Positions 9,775 through 20,209 are shown, counted from the first letter of the stretch. The stretch: DNA of 64,000 nucleotides from Acidimicrobiia bacterium (GCA_035544575.1 DATKEC010000132.1:3464-67463), one strand, 5' to 3'. Translations and numbers: made by a program. The notes: a model not told the origin generated them from the sequence alone.

Positions 9775-10709
9775 CCGCCCTGGGCATGGACGTTGGCGGC
9801 TCGACGCTCAAGGTGGTGGCCCTCGACGACGACGATGTCATCGTTCACTCCTCGCGGGTGGCCGTGCCGGAGATCGCGGTCTCGGACTTCGTGGTTGGCG
9901 CTGCCAGACGGGCGGTGGCCGAGCATGCGGCCACCACACTGGGGCTCGGTGTGGCTGGCCTCGTGAAATTTCCCGCCGGCGAGTTCGTCTGGGGCCCGCA
10001 CTTGGACGGGACATCGATCCCGTATCGGTCGATGCTCGCTGCCGAGTTGGGCTTCGACGTGGCGGTCGACAACGACGCCAATCTCGCCGCGTATGCCGAA
10101 TGGGCGATCGGCGCAGGCGAACGGAAGGATCCGTTGGTGATGATCACGCTGGGAACGGGCATCGGAGCCGGCTTCGTGCTGGACGGACGTGTGTACCGGG
10201 GGGCGTCCTTTGCCGGCGAAGCAGGCCACATCGAAGTCGCCGCAGACGGCGAGGTCTGCTCGTGCGGACGCAACGGGTGTTGGGAGACGTTCGTGTCCGG
10301 AGCGAAGCTCGACCGGCTGGCAGTCGAAATCGCCCGCACCGATCCGGGCGGGGGAGTGGCCGCTCACGCCGGGACCATCACGCCCACCGGTATCCATCTG
10401 GCGAAGGCGGCCGCCGAGGGCGATTCGAGTGCCGTGGCGGCGATACACGTGGCCGGTCGCTGGCTCGGACGGGGACTGGTCAATCTCGTCCTCCTGTTCG
10501 ACCCGGTGAGGATCGTCATCGGTGGCGCGGCGGGCACCGCCGGACCCGCCCTCCTCGACCCGGCGCGGGCCGTCCTGGCCGAGACGATGCCCGGAGCCTC
10601 CTATCGCCTGCCAGTACCGGTTTGCCCGGCGCGGTTTGGATCGCTCTCTGGCGCGGTTGGTGCCGCGTTGGCCGGCCGACGTGTGCACAATGGACATCAT
10701 GACTGGTGA
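9771..10709 (+). CDS. ROK-family sugar kinase (glucokinase-like)
   Basis: MDVGGSTLKVVAL…, DNDANLAAYAEW, ITLGTGIGAGFV, CSCGRNGCWE zinc motif. Confidence 0.85.
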   Translation: MTALGMDVGGSTLKVVALDDDDVIVHSSRVAVPEIAVSDFVVGAARRAVAEHAATTLGLGVAGLVKFPAGEFVWGPHLDGTSIPYRSMLAAELGFDVAVDNDANLAAYAEWAIGAGERKDPLVMITLGTGIGAGFVLDGRVYRGASFAGEAGHIEVAADGEVCSCGRNGCWETFVSGAKLDRLAVEIARTDPGGGVAAHAGTITPTGIHLAKAAAEGDSSAVAAIHVAGRWLGRGLVNLVLLFDPVRIVIGGAAGTAGPALLDPARAVLAETMPGASYRLPVPVCPARFGSLSGAVGAALAGRRVHNGHHDW

Positions 10710-11121
10710 CCCCCTCCGACCTGACGAAGTGATCGTTCCTGGTGGCCGTGTCGCGCTACGTCGGGTCGCAGCCGATGCCGCCAGCACCATCCCGAACATG
10801 GCGAAGCTGCTGTGGCGTCTGCTGCGGGACCCGCGCGTCCCCCGCAGGACCAAGCTCGTGGTAGCCGGTGCGGCCGCCTACGCCGCCTCGCCTGTCGACC
10901 TCGTGCCAGACTTCATCCCGGTGATCGGGATGGCAGACGACCTGCTCGTCCTCGCATTCGCAATCCATCACATCGTGGAGGTAGCGGGCGAGGAAGTCGT
11001 TCTAGAGCACTGGGACGGCTCCCGCGACCTCCTCGAACTCGTGCGATCGATCCTCGATGTGGCCTCGGACTTCGTCCCGGCCCGCCTCCGCCGCACCGTC
11101 GCGCGCCTCTCCGGCGTCTGA
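10690..11121 (+). CDS. DUF1232 (YkvA-like) membrane protein
   Basis: …[26 protein letters not shown]… core of DUF1232. ATG at 10690 (alternative 10699). 20-nt overlap with the ROK gene. Confidence 0.65.
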   Translation: MDIMTGDPLRPDEVIVPGGRVALRRVAADAASTIPNMAKLLWRLLRDPRVPRRTKLVVAGAAAYAASPVDLVPDFIPVIGMADDLLVLAFAIHHIVEVAGEEVVLEHWDGSRDLLELVRSILDVASDFVPARLRRTVARLSGV

Positions 11122-11158
11122 CCGGGGCCCCTCGGCGGCACCGGTAGCCTTGGGGCGT

Positions 11159-12331
11159 ATGGACTTCCGCCGGATCGACAATCTCCCGCCATACGTCTTC
11201 GCCGAGGTGAACCACAAGAAGATGGAGGCCCGGCGGGCGGGTGCCGACATCGTCGACCTCGGTTTCGGCAACCCCGACATCCCCTCTGCGGACTTCGTCG
11301 TCGACAAGCTGATCGAAGCCGCCCACAACGAACGCAACCACCGCTACTCGGTGTCGCGGGGGCTCCCCAACCTGCGCCGGGCCGTCTCTGAGCGATACCG
11401 GCGCCGGTTCGGCGTCACGCTCGACCCTGACACGGAAGTCATCTCGACGATCGGCGCCAAGGAGGGACTCAGTCACCTGCTCTGGACCCTCGTCCAGCCG
11501 GGCGATGCCGCGATCGTTCCCGAGCCGTCGTATCCGATCCACATCTATGCGCCGGTCCTGGCCGGTGCCGAAGTACGGCGGGCTCCGATCACCTCCGAGG
11601 ACGACTACTTCGAGGTCCTCGAGCGGATGTTCGGCAATTCCTGGCCCCGACCCCGAGTGATCATCGTGTCGTTCCCGCACAATCCGACGACCACGGTCGT
11701 CGAGATCGACTTCTTCGAGAAGTTGGTGGCCTTCGCCCACGAGCACGGTGTGGTGATCGTCCATGACTTTGCCTACGCCGACATCAGCTTCGACGGTTAC
11801 ACCCCGCCGTCGCTCTTGCAGGTACCTGGTGCCAAGGACGTGGGCGTCGAGTTGTACACGCTCACCAAAGGCCACTCCATGGCGGGCTGGCGCGTCGGAT
11901 TCCTGGTCGGGAATCCCGAGATCGTCGCCGCGCTGGCCAAGCTCAAGTCGTACCTGGATTACGGCACGTTCCAGCCGATCCAGATTGCGTCGATCATCGC
12001 CCTCAACGAAGGCGACGATTACGTCGCCGAGGTGAACGACATCTACCTGCGGCGACGTGACGTCCTGATCGATGGTCTCAGCCGGGGTGGATGGAAGGTG
12101 GAAAAGCCCAAGGGAACGATGTTCGTGTGGGCTCCGATCCCCGATCCGTACACCGAACTCGGCTCACTGCAGTTCGCCTATCACCTGTTGGACGAGGCCA
12201 AGGTGGCGGTCAGCCCTGGGGTGGGATTCGGGCCGACCGGGGACGGGTTCGTGCGCTTCGCGCTCGTCGAGAACGAACAACGCATCGCCCAGGCCACCCT
12301 CGGCCTGAGACGCGCTCTTTCCCGGCTGTGA
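11159..12331 (+). CDS. class I/II pyridoxal-phosphate aminotransferase (alanine/aspartate aminotransferase-like)
   Basis: [14 protein letters not shown]…NPDIP…[10 protein letters not shown]…SFPHNPT…[16 protein letters not shown] (PLP-Lys context). Confidence 0.85.
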   Translation: MDFRRIDNLPPYVFAEVNHKKMEARRAGADIVDLGFGNPDIPSADFVVDKLIEAAHNERNHRYSVSRGLPNLRRAVSERYRRRFGVTLDPDTEVISTIGAKEGLSHLLWTLVQPGDAAIVPEPSYPIHIYAPVLAGAEVRRAPITSEDDYFEVLERMFGNSWPRPRVIIVSFPHNPTTTVVEIDFFEKLVAFAHEHGVVIVHDFAYADISFDGYTPPSLLQVPGAKDVGVELYTLTKGHSMAGWRVGFLVGNPEIVAALAKLKSYLDYGTFQPIQIASIIALNEGDDYVAEVNDIYLRRRDVLIDGLSRGGWKVEKPKGTMFVWAPIPDPYTELGSLQFAYHLLDEAKVAVSPGVGFGPTGDGFVRFALVENEQRIAQATLGLRRALSRL

Positions 12332-12384
12332 GGGCCGGAACCCCAGCGTGGGCCAGCTGACCGGCCCCATTACCCTCCGAGCCC

Positions 12385-13428
12385 ATGGCATTTGCTGACG
12401 GCATCGCCGACTTCCGGTCCGACACCGTGACCCGTCCCACCCCCGAGATGCGCCGGGCGATGGCCGAAGCCGAAGTCGGCGACGACGTCTACGGCGACGA
12501 CCCCACCGTGAATCTTCTCCAGGAAGAAGCCGCCGCCGCGGTGGGCAAGGCTTCTGCAATCTTCGTTCCGACCGGAACGATGGGGAACCAACTGAGTCTC
12601 ATGGTTCAGACCCGGCCCGGCGACGACGTGCTGTGCGACGAAGGGGCACACGTCCGCAACATCGAGAAAGGGGCGGCGTCGGCGTTCTCTGGTGTTTCCT
12701 TCCGACCGGTGCATGCCCCCGGCGGCTGGATCCAGCCGAACCAGATCGATGCGGTGATGGCCACCGCCGGGCGGTTCTTTCCTCGGATCCGGCTGATGGT
12801 GTGGGAGAACTCCCACAATCTCTCGGGTGGCCGGGTGATCCCGGTCGAAGGTGTGCGGGCAGGCAATGAGGCCGCCCGCCGGCATGGGCTTTCGGTCCAC
12901 TTCGACGGTGCTCGGATCTTCAATGCCGCCGCCGCACTCGACGTCGAAGCCGACGAACTGGCGGACGGGTGTGACACGGTGACGTTCTGTTTCTCCAAGG
13001 GCCTCGGCGCCCCGGTGGGATCTGTGATCTGCGGCTCGACGGAACTCATCGAGGAGATCCACTATCTGCGCAAGCGGATGGGAGGCGGCATGCGGCAGGT
13101 CGGTGTCCTGGCCGCTCCGGCCCGCATAGCACTCCGTGATCGCCACCGCCTCGGCGAAGACCACGCTCTCGCCCGATATCTGGCCGAACAGATCGCCGAC
13201 CACGCACCCGATGCGCTCGACCCGAAATCGGTCGAGACCAACATCGTCAATGTGGCCGTCGACCACTTGCCTGTGTCCATCGAGGCCGGGCTGACTGCCG
13301 TACGCGCCAACGGGATGCTGGTGAACCCGCCGCTGTTCGGTGGCGTGTGGAGGCTCGTCACGCATCGTGACCTCGATCGGTCCGACGTGGATCGGCTGGT
13401 GACCACGCTCTTCCACGCCGGCCAATAG
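12385..13428 (+). CDS. ltaE: low-specificity L-threonine aldolase
   Basis: FRSDTVTRPTPEMRRAM…GDDVYGDDPTV…FCFSKGLGAPVGS. Confidence 0.85.
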   Translation: MAFADGIADFRSDTVTRPTPEMRRAMAEAEVGDDVYGDDPTVNLLQEEAAAAVGKASAIFVPTGTMGNQLSLMVQTRPGDDVLCDEGAHVRNIEKGAASAFSGVSFRPVHAPGGWIQPNQIDAVMATAGRFFPRIRLMVWENSHNLSGGRVIPVEGVRAGNEAARRHGLSVHFDGARIFNAAAALDVEADELADGCDTVTFCFSKGLGAPVGSVICGSTELIEEIHYLRKRMGGGMRQVGVLAAPARIALRDRHRLGEDHALARYLAEQIADHAPDALDPKSVETNIVNVAVDHLPVSIEAGLTAVRANGMLVNPPLFGGVWRLVTHRDLDRSDVDRLVTTLFHAGQ

Positions 13429-13454
13429 GCTGGCCAACCCGACAGGAAGGTCCG

Positions 13455-14405
13455 ATGACGTTTGCGGTGTTGTTCCCCGGGCAGGGAAGCCAGTTCGTGG
13501 GGATGGGCTCGGACCTCTTCGATGCTCGTGCCGATCTCTTGGGGGAGCGTGCCGACGAAATTCTCGGCTGGTCCCTGCGGGATCTGTGTCTCGATGGGCC
13601 CGAAGAAGAACTGACACGTACCGAGCACGCCCAACCAGCCCTGTTCGCGCTCACCTTTGCGCTGTGGGTCGAGTTCGCCGACCGGCTCGCCTACCTTCCG
13701 AGCGCCGCCGCCGGCCACTCCCTCGGCGAATACACCGCGCTCGCCGCAGCCGGCGTCATCGATTACGACGATGCCCTGGGGGTGGTGGCCGAACGGGGCA
13801 AAGCGATGGCCGCCGCGGCCGATCTGGAGCCGTCGGGAATGGCGGCGCTCATCGGCGCCGACGTCGAACTGGCCGAATCCGTCGAAGCCGCCAGCCGCGC
13901 CATCGGTGGTCGGCTCACCGTGGCGAACGACAATGCGCCGGGTCAGGTGGTGGTGGCGGGCGGCACCGAGGATCTCGACTGGCTGGAGGCGAACGGCCGC
14001 GAGCTCGGGGTGCGACGGGCGGTTCGGCTCAAGGTGGCCGGAGCGTTCCATTCGCCGTTCATGGGGCCGGCCGCCGAGCGCGTGGCGGCTGCGGTTGCCT
14101 CCATCGAAGCCCGTGAGGGTCGTTTCGATGTGTACGCCAACGTGACTGCCACGCCGGTGGAACCCGGTCGGATCCGGACGTCGCTGGCCGAACAGGTCGT
14201 CGGACGGGTGCGGTTCGCCGACACGTTGCGCAACATCGCCGGCCAGGGGATCGGAACTTTCGTCCACGTCGGTCCTGGCGATGTCACCGCCGGCATGGCC
14301 AAGCGCACCGTTGTGGGGGCGGAGGTGCTGACGGTGTCGGATCTGACAGGAATCGACGCCGCGGTAGAAGCACTCTCTACCATCGACTCCCCTGGAGGTG
14401 CTTGA
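13455..14405 (+). CDS. fabD: malonyl-CoA:ACP transacylase
   Basis: FPGQGSQFVGMG…GHSLGEYTALAAAG…AFHSPFM. Confidence 0.92.
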   Translation: MTFAVLFPGQGSQFVGMGSDLFDARADLLGERADEILGWSLRDLCLDGPEEELTRTEHAQPALFALTFALWVEFADRLAYLPSAAAGHSLGEYTALAAAGVIDYDDALGVVAERGKAMAAAADLEPSGMAALIGADVELAESVEAASRAIGGRLTVANDNAPGQVVVAGGTEDLDWLEANGRELGVRRAVRLKVAGAFHSPFMGPAAERVAAAVASIEAREGRFDVYANVTATPVEPGRIRTSLAEQVVGRVRFADTLRNIAGQGIGTFVHVGPGDVTAGMAKRTVVGAEVLTVSDLTGIDAAVEALSTIDSPGGA

Positions 14406-15487
14406 TGCCGAATGCCGAGATCGTCGGATGGGGAAAGGCGATGCCACCGACCGTCCTCTCCAATGCCGACCTCGAGAGGATCGTCGACACGAACGACGAG
14501 TGGATCACCACACGCACCGGCATGAAGGAGCGTCGCATCTCCCATGTGGAGGCCTCCGACCTCGCCGCAGTGGCGTCACTGCGGGCGTTGGCGGCAGCCG
14601 GGATGGACCCGGGTGAGATCGATTTCATGATCAACGCCACCTGCACGCCGGAATCGATCATCCCGGCGTCCGTGGCATACCTGCAGGCAAAGATCGGCGC
14701 GGTGGGGGCGGGGGCGATCGACGTCAACGCCAACTGCTCCGGGTTCATCTACGCCATGGTGATGGCGTCTTCGCTGATCCAGACCGGGATAGCCCGCAAC
14801 GTGCTCCTCACCGGCGTCGAGAAGATGCACTACGTCATGGACTATTCGGACCGGTCCACCTGCATTCTGTTCGGTGACGGCGCCGGTGCGGCGGTGATGC
14901 GGCCCACCGACGAGCCGATCGGGCTCTTGTCCGGGATGATGGGCAACGACGGCAGGATCGCCGAGCACCTGACGGTGCCCAGCTTCGGATCCTCCGGTAC
15001 CAGGGCTCCGCGGGCGGCGTCGTCGTGTGGCGTGGTCATGAACGGGCCCGAGATCTTCCGCAACGCCGTCGTCCGGATGGGGGAGGCGGCGCTCGAGGTC
15101 GCCACCAACGTCGGGTGGGCGATCGAGGACATCGACCTGCTCATTCCTCACCAGGCCAACAAGCGAATCATCGATGCCACCGCCCGCCGGCTCGACCTCG
15201 ACGAGGACAAGGTGTTCGTCAACGTGCACAAGTACGGCAACACGAGTTCGGCGACGATCCCGGTGGCGCTGACCGAAGCGATCGAGGAGGAGCGCATTCC
15301 GCCCCACGCCAATCTGGTGTTCGCCGCCTTCGGCGGAGGCCTGTCCTGGGCTGCGGCGGCCGTCAAATGGGGGGAGCGGGTGACGCCGGTCGGCCACTCG
15401 GATGCCCAGATTCCCGAATTCGAGGGCACCGTCTTCGACATCCTCCAGCCCAGCCTCGACTTCTTCGGCGTGGGCGTCAAACCGTGA
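14402..15487 (+). CDS. fabH: 3-oxoacyl-ACP synthase III
   Basis: EWITTRTGMKERR…NANCSGFIYAM…HQANKRIID…GNTSSATIP. Confidence 0.92.
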   Translation: MMPNAEIVGWGKAMPPTVLSNADLERIVDTNDEWITTRTGMKERRISHVEASDLAAVASLRALAAAGMDPGEIDFMINATCTPESIIPASVAYLQAKIGAVGAGAIDVNANCSGFIYAMVMASSLIQTGIARNVLLTGVEKMHYVMDYSDRSTCILFGDGAGAAVMRPTDEPIGLLSGMMGNDGRIAEHLTVPSFGSSGTRAPRAASSCGVVMNGPEIFRNAVVRMGEAALEVATNVGWAIEDIDLLIPHQANKRIIDATARRLDLDEDKVFVNVHKYGNTSSATIPVALTEAIEEERIPPHANLVFAAFGGGLSWAAAAVKWGERVTPVGHSDAQIPEFEGTVFDILQPSLDFFGVGVKP

Positions 15488-16218
15488 GTCGGGTGGCCCT
15501 CGTGACCGGTGGCTCGCGCGGCATCGGCCGGTCGATCGCCCTTGCACTCTCCGCGGCCGGCCATCGGGTGGCGGTCAACTACGCCTCCAGGGCGGACGCC
15601 GCCGACGATGTCGTTGCGGCCATACGCGGCGCGGGGGGCGAGGCTTTGGCAGTGGGGGCTGACGTCGCATCCCAGGAAGCAGTCGTGGCGATGTTCGAGG
15701 AAGTGTCCGCCGCGTTCGGTCCTGTCGAGATCCTCGTCAACAACGCCGGCATCACCCGGGACGACCTGTTGCTCCGGATGAGCGTCGAAGCCTTCGATGC
15801 CGTGATCGCCACCAATCTCCGGTCTGCGTTTCTGTGTTCGAAGGCGGCGATGCGAGGCATGCTCAAGGCGCGGTGGGGTCGGATCGTCTCCATCGGCTCG
15901 GTCGCCGGCATCGCGGGAAACCCCGGCCAGGCCAACTACGCCGCTTCCAAGGCGGGGCTGATCGGGATGTCGAAGTCGATCGCCAAGGAGGTCGGGTCCC
16001 GCGGGATCACGGTCAACGTCGTCGCGCCCGGTTTCATCGCCACCGAGATGACCGAGAAGCTGGGTGAGGACGCCAGGCGGGCATCGCTCGGCGCGATCAC
16101 GCTCGGCAGGTTCGGCGACCCAGACGACGTCGCAGCCGCGGTGACGTTCCTCGCTTCGGAAGGGGCGGGCTACATCACCGGCCAGGTTCTGTCGGTCGAC
16201 GGGGGCATCGCCCTCTAG
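15484..16218 (+). CDS. fabG: 3-oxoacyl-ACP reductase (SDR)
   Basis: GTG at 15484 overlaps the fabH stop (GTGA). ALVTGGSRGIGR…NNAGITRD…YAASKAGLIGMSK. Confidence 0.88.
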   Translation: MSRVALVTGGSRGIGRSIALALSAAGHRVAVNYASRADAADDVVAAIRGAGGEALAVGADVASQEAVVAMFEEVSAAFGPVEILVNNAGITRDDLLLRMSVEAFDAVIATNLRSAFLCSKAAMRGMLKARWGRIVSIGSVAGIAGNPGQANYAASKAGLIGMSKSIAKEVGSRGITVNVVAPGFIATEMTEKLGEDARRASLGAITLGRFGDPDDVAAAVTFLASEGAGYITGQVLSVDGGIAL

Positions 16219-16250
16219 GCTGGCCGTTCCACCTACGAAGGAGAGACAGC

Positions 16251-16496
16251 ATGGATCGTGGTGAGATCTCAGCGAGGATGCAGAAGCTCCTCGTCTCGGA
16301 ACTGGGGCTCGACGAGTCCAAGATCAACGACGACGCCAACTTCGAAGAGGATCTCGAGGTCGACTCGCTCGGTGTCGTCGAATTGCTGATGGCGCTGGAA
16401 GACGAGTTCGGGGTGAAGATTCCCGATGAGGACGCCGAGAGCATCCACACCGTCGGCCAGGCCGTCGATCTCGTAGCCGCCAAGCTCGCCGGCTGA
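16251..16496 (+). CDS. acpP: acyl carrier protein
   Basis: 81 aa with the DLEVDSLGVVELLMALEDEFG phosphopantetheine-site motif. GAAGGAGAG RBS upstream. Confidence 0.95.
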   Translation: MDRGEISARMQKLLVSELGLDESKINDDANFEEDLEVDSLGVVELLMALEDEFGVKIPDEDAESIHTVGQAVDLVAAKLAG

Positions 16497-16497
16497 C

Positions 16498-17754
16498 ATG
16501 ACCCGCGACCGCCGCCGGGTCGTGGTGACCGGTTTGGGGGCGATCTCCCCGGTGGGCCGGACGATGGCCGACACGTGGGATTCGGTCGTCGCGGGCCGGT
16601 CCGGCGCCGGACCCATCACGCTCTTCGACACGGCCGAGCACAAAGTCTCGATCGCCGCGGAGGTGTCGAACTTCGATCCCACCGAATACTTCGAGGCGAA
16701 GGAAGCACGTCGACTCGACCGCTGTAGCCAGTTTGCACTGGTCGCGGCCCGCGAAGCGATGGCCGATGCCGGCCTCGAACTCGACCCTGATTCCGAGGAG
16801 GCCGAGCGCTCGGGTGCGCTGATCGGGGTCGGCTTCGGTGGGATGGACACGTTCATCGAGGAAGTTGGCATCCTTCACGAGCGCGGTCCGGGACGGGTGA
16901 GTCCGCTCGGCATTCCCAAGATCATCGCCAACATGCCCGCCGGTCTGGTGTCCATCGAACATCACCTGCTTGGTCCGGTGTCGTGCACCGTCACGGCGTG
17001 CTCGGCTTCGGCCAACGCCATCGGAGACGCGGCGGAGATCATCCGTCGTGGTGCGGCCGACATGATGGTTGCGGGAGGCTCAGAAGCGGCGATCACGACC
17101 TACGCGGTTGCCGCCTTTGCTCAGGCGCGCGCACTCAGTGCCCGCAACGACGACCCCGTGGCGGCGTCGCGTCCTTTCGACGCCGGGCGTGATGGCTTCG
17201 TGATGGGTGAGGGGGCGGCGGTACTCGTGCTCGAAGAGCGCGAGAGGGCGCTCGCTCGCGGGGCGACGATCCATGCCGAGGTGACCGGTTACGGAATGTC
17301 GGCCGACTCATATCACATCACCCTTCCCAAGCCGGGAGGGACAGGAGCGGCCCGAGCCGTGAAGGCCGCCCTCGCCGATGCCGGCCTCGAGGGGGCCGAC
17401 CTCGACTACATCAACGCCCACGGGACGTCCACGCCGGCCAATGACTCCACCGAGACACTGGCTTTGAAGGTGGCCCTCGGCGAGGAAGTCGCCCGGGCCG
17501 TGCCGGTGTCGTCCACCAAATCGATGACCGGTCACCTGCTGGGCGGTGCCGGAGCGTTGGAGGCGGCGATCGCGATACGGGCGATCCAGACCGGCATCCT
17601 GCCGCCCACCATCAACTACGACGAGCCCGATCCCGAATGCGATCTGGACTACGTCCCGAACGAAGCGCGCCAGGTGGATGCCGTCGACCACGTCGCTTCG
17701 AACAGCTTCGGATTCGGCGGACACAATGTGACGCTGATCCTCAGCCGGGCTTGA
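16498..17754 (+). CDS. fabF: 3-oxoacyl-ACP synthase II
   Basis: RVVVTGLGAISPVG…CTVTACSASANAIG…INAHGTSTPANDSTE…GHLLGGAGA. Confidence 0.92.
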   Translation: MTRDRRRVVVTGLGAISPVGRTMADTWDSVVAGRSGAGPITLFDTAEHKVSIAAEVSNFDPTEYFEAKEARRLDRCSQFALVAAREAMADAGLELDPDSEEAERSGALIGVGFGGMDTFIEEVGILHERGPGRVSPLGIPKIIANMPAGLVSIEHHLLGPVSCTVTACSASANAIGDAAEIIRRGAADMMVAGGSEAAITTYAVAAFAQARALSARNDDPVAASRPFDAGRDGFVMGEGAAVLVLEERERALARGATIHAEVTGYGMSADSYHITLPKPGGTGAARAVKAALADAGLEGADLDYINAHGTSTPANDSTETLALKVALGEEVARAVPVSSTKSMTGHLLGGAGALEAAIAIRAIQTGILPPTINYDEPDPECDLDYVPNEARQVDAVDHVASNSFGFGGHNVTLILSRA

Positions 17755-17772
17755 CGCCGCTACAAGATCGAC

Positions 17773-18579
17773 TCACCGCATCGCTCGAGCGAGGAGATCG
17801 CGGCTGTCAGTCCACCAGCGGCGGCGACGGTCGAACCGCTCCATCCCTCCCATCTCTGCCCACATCGCCACGAAGCCGGGGTCACCCAACGCCACCCGTC
17901 TGCGCACGAACTCTCCACCGCGGGCGATCGAGTCATCCAGAACCGCGAGCAGCTCGCCGCGGGCTGATGCATCGAGGCCGTACGTGTCGGCCACGAGATG
18001 CAGCCGGTCCGGCTTGTCTACCTGTCCCCATCCCAGGCGTACGGCGTTGACGTCGTCGTCGATGGGGACGCACAGCCGTGCGAACTGGGCCACGTCGTAG
18101 ACGGGCCGTCCCGGCGCCGCGAAGTCGAAGTCCAGCAGCGCGACCGGTTCGCCGTTGCGGAACACGACGTTTTCGAGGCAGACGTCGTTGTCGCACACGA
18201 TCGGGCCGCCCACCGGGTCCGCCATCTCCGTTGGCCAGTTGAGCCCCCGCGGGTCGAACGAGCGGGATGCTTCGTGAAACCTGGCCAACAGGGCCGCCAT
18301 CGATGCGAGCGCCACGTCGGACTGCACCCACTCCGGGTACGGCGGAACGGGTACGTCGCCCTCGACGAACTCGAGCCGTTCCCGGCCATCCGCGTCGATG
18401 CCGATAGGCATCGACGCCCCCTCGAACCCGGCGGCACGCAGTGACGAAAGGAAAGAGAGGATGGTCTCTGAGTGCTCGTTCGAAGGCCGGAGGACGTGAC
18501 GGCCGACCCGGACGACCCGGCCCGCATTGGCGACGCCTCCTGCCAACAGCGCTTCTTCGGTCCGGTCGGCGTCATCCAT
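17773..18579 (-). CDS. phosphotransferase-family (APH/choline-kinase-like) protein
   Basis: …IVCDNDVCLENVVFRNGEPVALLDFDFAAPG… Brenner/DFD motifs of aminoglycoside-phosphotransferase-like kinases. Confidence 0.75.
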   Translation of the reverse strand: MDDADRTEEALLAGGVANAGRVVRVGRHVLRPSNEHSETILSFLSSLRAAGFEGASMPIGIDADGRERLEFVEGDVPVPPYPEWVQSDVALASMAALLARFHEASRSFDPRGLNWPTEMADPVGGPIVCDNDVCLENVVFRNGEPVALLDFDFAAPGRPVYDVAQFARLCVPIDDDVNAVRLGWGQVDKPDRLHLVADTYGLDASARGELLAVLDDSIARGGEFVRRRVALGDPGFVAMWAEMGGMERFDRRRRWWTDSRDLLARAMR

Positions 18580-18585
18580 CGCAAT

Positions 18586-18882
18586 TCACTCGCCGGCCTC
18601 GCACCCCGCCGTCGGTGGTTCGTCTCCTTTGGCGATCGACTCCCGGTATTCGGCGATCGACCGGTAGACCAGCACCAGCACCACCGCCATTCCGACGGTG
18701 GCGAGCACGAACGCGACGACGGCCAGGGAGCCTGCCAACCCGGTGCAGGTCTGGATCGTCCCGTCCACCTCGACCCGACACGAGAGGTCCATGACGAGGT
18801 AGGTGATCCATCCGCTCAAACCGCCGATGACGAGCGAAGGGATCGAGATCCACGGGTTGGGGATGCGACGGCGGTCTGTCAA
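18586..18882 (-). CDS. small two-TM membrane protein (hypothetical)
   Basis: TTG start overlapping the TGA of the upstream membrane-protein gene (TTGA). Two hydrophobic helices. 6 nt upstream of the kinase gene. Confidence 0.45.
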   Translation of the reverse strand: MTDRRRIPNPWISIPSLVIGGLSGWITYLVMDLSCRVEVDGTIQTCTGLAGSLAVVAFVLATVGMAVVLVLVYRSIAEYRESIAKGDEPPTAGCEAGE

Positions 18883-19634
18883 GGCGTCTCCTTGCGGCGC
18901 CCGCGGGAGTCGAGACCGGCCGCATCGAGGATGTCGCCCGGTGCCAGTTCTGCGGGTATCGGCACCGCACGGCCGGGCGAGGCGAGCGGTATGACGGCGA
19001 CTCGGACGTCGGCGGACCAGGCCAACCATGACAACGCCAGGTAGGCGGCGACTGCCGGCAGCCACCAAGGAAAGTCGATGACGAAGGCGACGGCGACGGC
19101 CAGCGCCGGCAGACCGAACCGGCTGGCCCACAACGCGGTCGGCCGGGCACGGCTGTACCAGACGGCGAGGGCCACGGTCCCGCCGGCCACGGCCCAATCC
19201 CAGCGATCCACGCCGCCGGGCTGCAGGGCACCGATCAGGACAGGGACGGCGAGCATGCCGAGAACCAGTCCGGCGGCTTTGCGGGGCGGAGCATCGGCTG
19301 GAGGCCGGTGACGAACCGCCGCCCTCAGACCGGAGCCCAGGAGCCCTGCCAACCCGAAACCGGCGGCGCCGACCATCACCACCCAGGCGGGAGTGATCGC
19401 GTGGGTGACGGCAGGGATGGCGAGCATCGACACGAGGCCGATGCCCAGTCCCACCGACCACCGGGCCGCCCCGACCAGGGCACCGACGATCGTGATGGCG
19501 GTGAGGAGGAGATGCCCGGCCGCCAGCATCGCCCCCGCCCCGTCGGTCCACACCGCGTCAGCCCCGGTGAGGATGAGCGCGGCGGCGAGGGACGAGACGA
19601 GGAGTGCGGCAGTGGTGAGGATGGCGATGAGCAC
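18879..19634 (-). CDS. polytopic integral membrane protein (hypothetical)
   Basis: 251 aa, almost entirely hydrophobic Ala/Leu/Gly/Val segments. Heads a three-gene minus-strand operon. Confidence 0.6.
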   Translation of the reverse strand: MLIAILTTAALLVSSLAAALILTGADAVWTDGAGAMLAAGHLLLTAITIVGALVGAARWSVGLGIGLVSMLAIPAVTHAITPAWVVMVGAAGFGLAGLLGSGLRAAVRHRPPADAPPRKAAGLVLGMLAVPVLIGALQPGGVDRWDWAVAGGTVALAVWYSRARPTALWASRFGLPALAVAVAFVIDFPWWLPAVAAYLALSWLAWSADVRVAVIPLASPGRAVPIPAELAPGDILDAAGLDSRGRRKETP

Positions 19635-19681
19635 GGTACGTTGCCCCGAGTGTCAACTGTGTTCGACCCCTGTGCAAGACG

Positions 19682-20209
19682 GTGACCGAGTTCTGGCCCG
19701 GTGAGTTCCGGTTCTGTCCGATGTGTGCCACCGCTCTGCAGGCCACCGAGCGGGGTGGGCGAACCCGGATGGCGTGCCCGGGCTGCGGCTACGTGCACTT
19801 TCGCGATCCCGGTGTCGGCGCCGCGGTTCTCCTGGAGGATGGAGCCGGTCGGGTGCTGCTCGTGCAACGGGGGAGCAGCGCCACCAAGGCGGGCCTGTGG
19901 TGCGTGCCCTGTGGTTACGTGGACTACGGCGAAGAGGTGCGGGCGGCTGCGGCGAGGGAGGTGCGGGAGGAAACAGGGCTGGAGGTGGAGGTAGGGGATC
20001 CGGTCTTCGTCAGCTCCAACTTCCACGATCCGGAGAAGCTGACCGTCGGCATCTGGTTCGCGGGGCGGATCGTGGGCGGTGTCGCCGAGGCGGGAGACGA
20101 CGCCGTCGACGTCGGGTGGTTCGAACCCGGTGACTTACCACCGCTCGCCTTCGAGACCGATGCCGAGTTGTTCCGAGTTCGCTTCGGGGTCGACGCCCGG
20201 CTCGGCTGA
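19682..20209 (+). CDS. NUDIX hydrolase with N-terminal zinc ribbon
   Basis: CPMC…CPGC, then Nudix box GYVDYGEEVRAAAAREVREETGL. GTG start. Confidence 0.85.
   Translation: MTEFWPGEFRFCPMCATALQATERGGRTRMACPGCGYVHFRDPGVGAAVLLEDGAGRVLLVQRGSSATKAGLWCVPCGYVDYGEEVRAAAAREVREETGLEVEVGDPVFVSSNFHDPEKLTVGIWFAGRIVGGVAEAGDDAVDVGWFEPGDLPPLAFETDAELFRVRFGVDARLG

Noticed and set aside
12332-12384. Inverted repeat GGGCCGG…CCGGCCC between the aminotransferase and ltaE
   Set aside because: Short 7-bp arms with a 23-nt loop. It could be a weak terminator, but nothing distinguishes it from chance in GC-rich DNA.
20135-20209. 75-bp convergent overlap of the NUDIX and histidine-phosphatase genes as a possible mis-call
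   Set aside because: Both genes have clear domain signatures. The overlap involves low-complexity C-terminal tails and is tolerable, though an earlier stop for either cannot be excluded.
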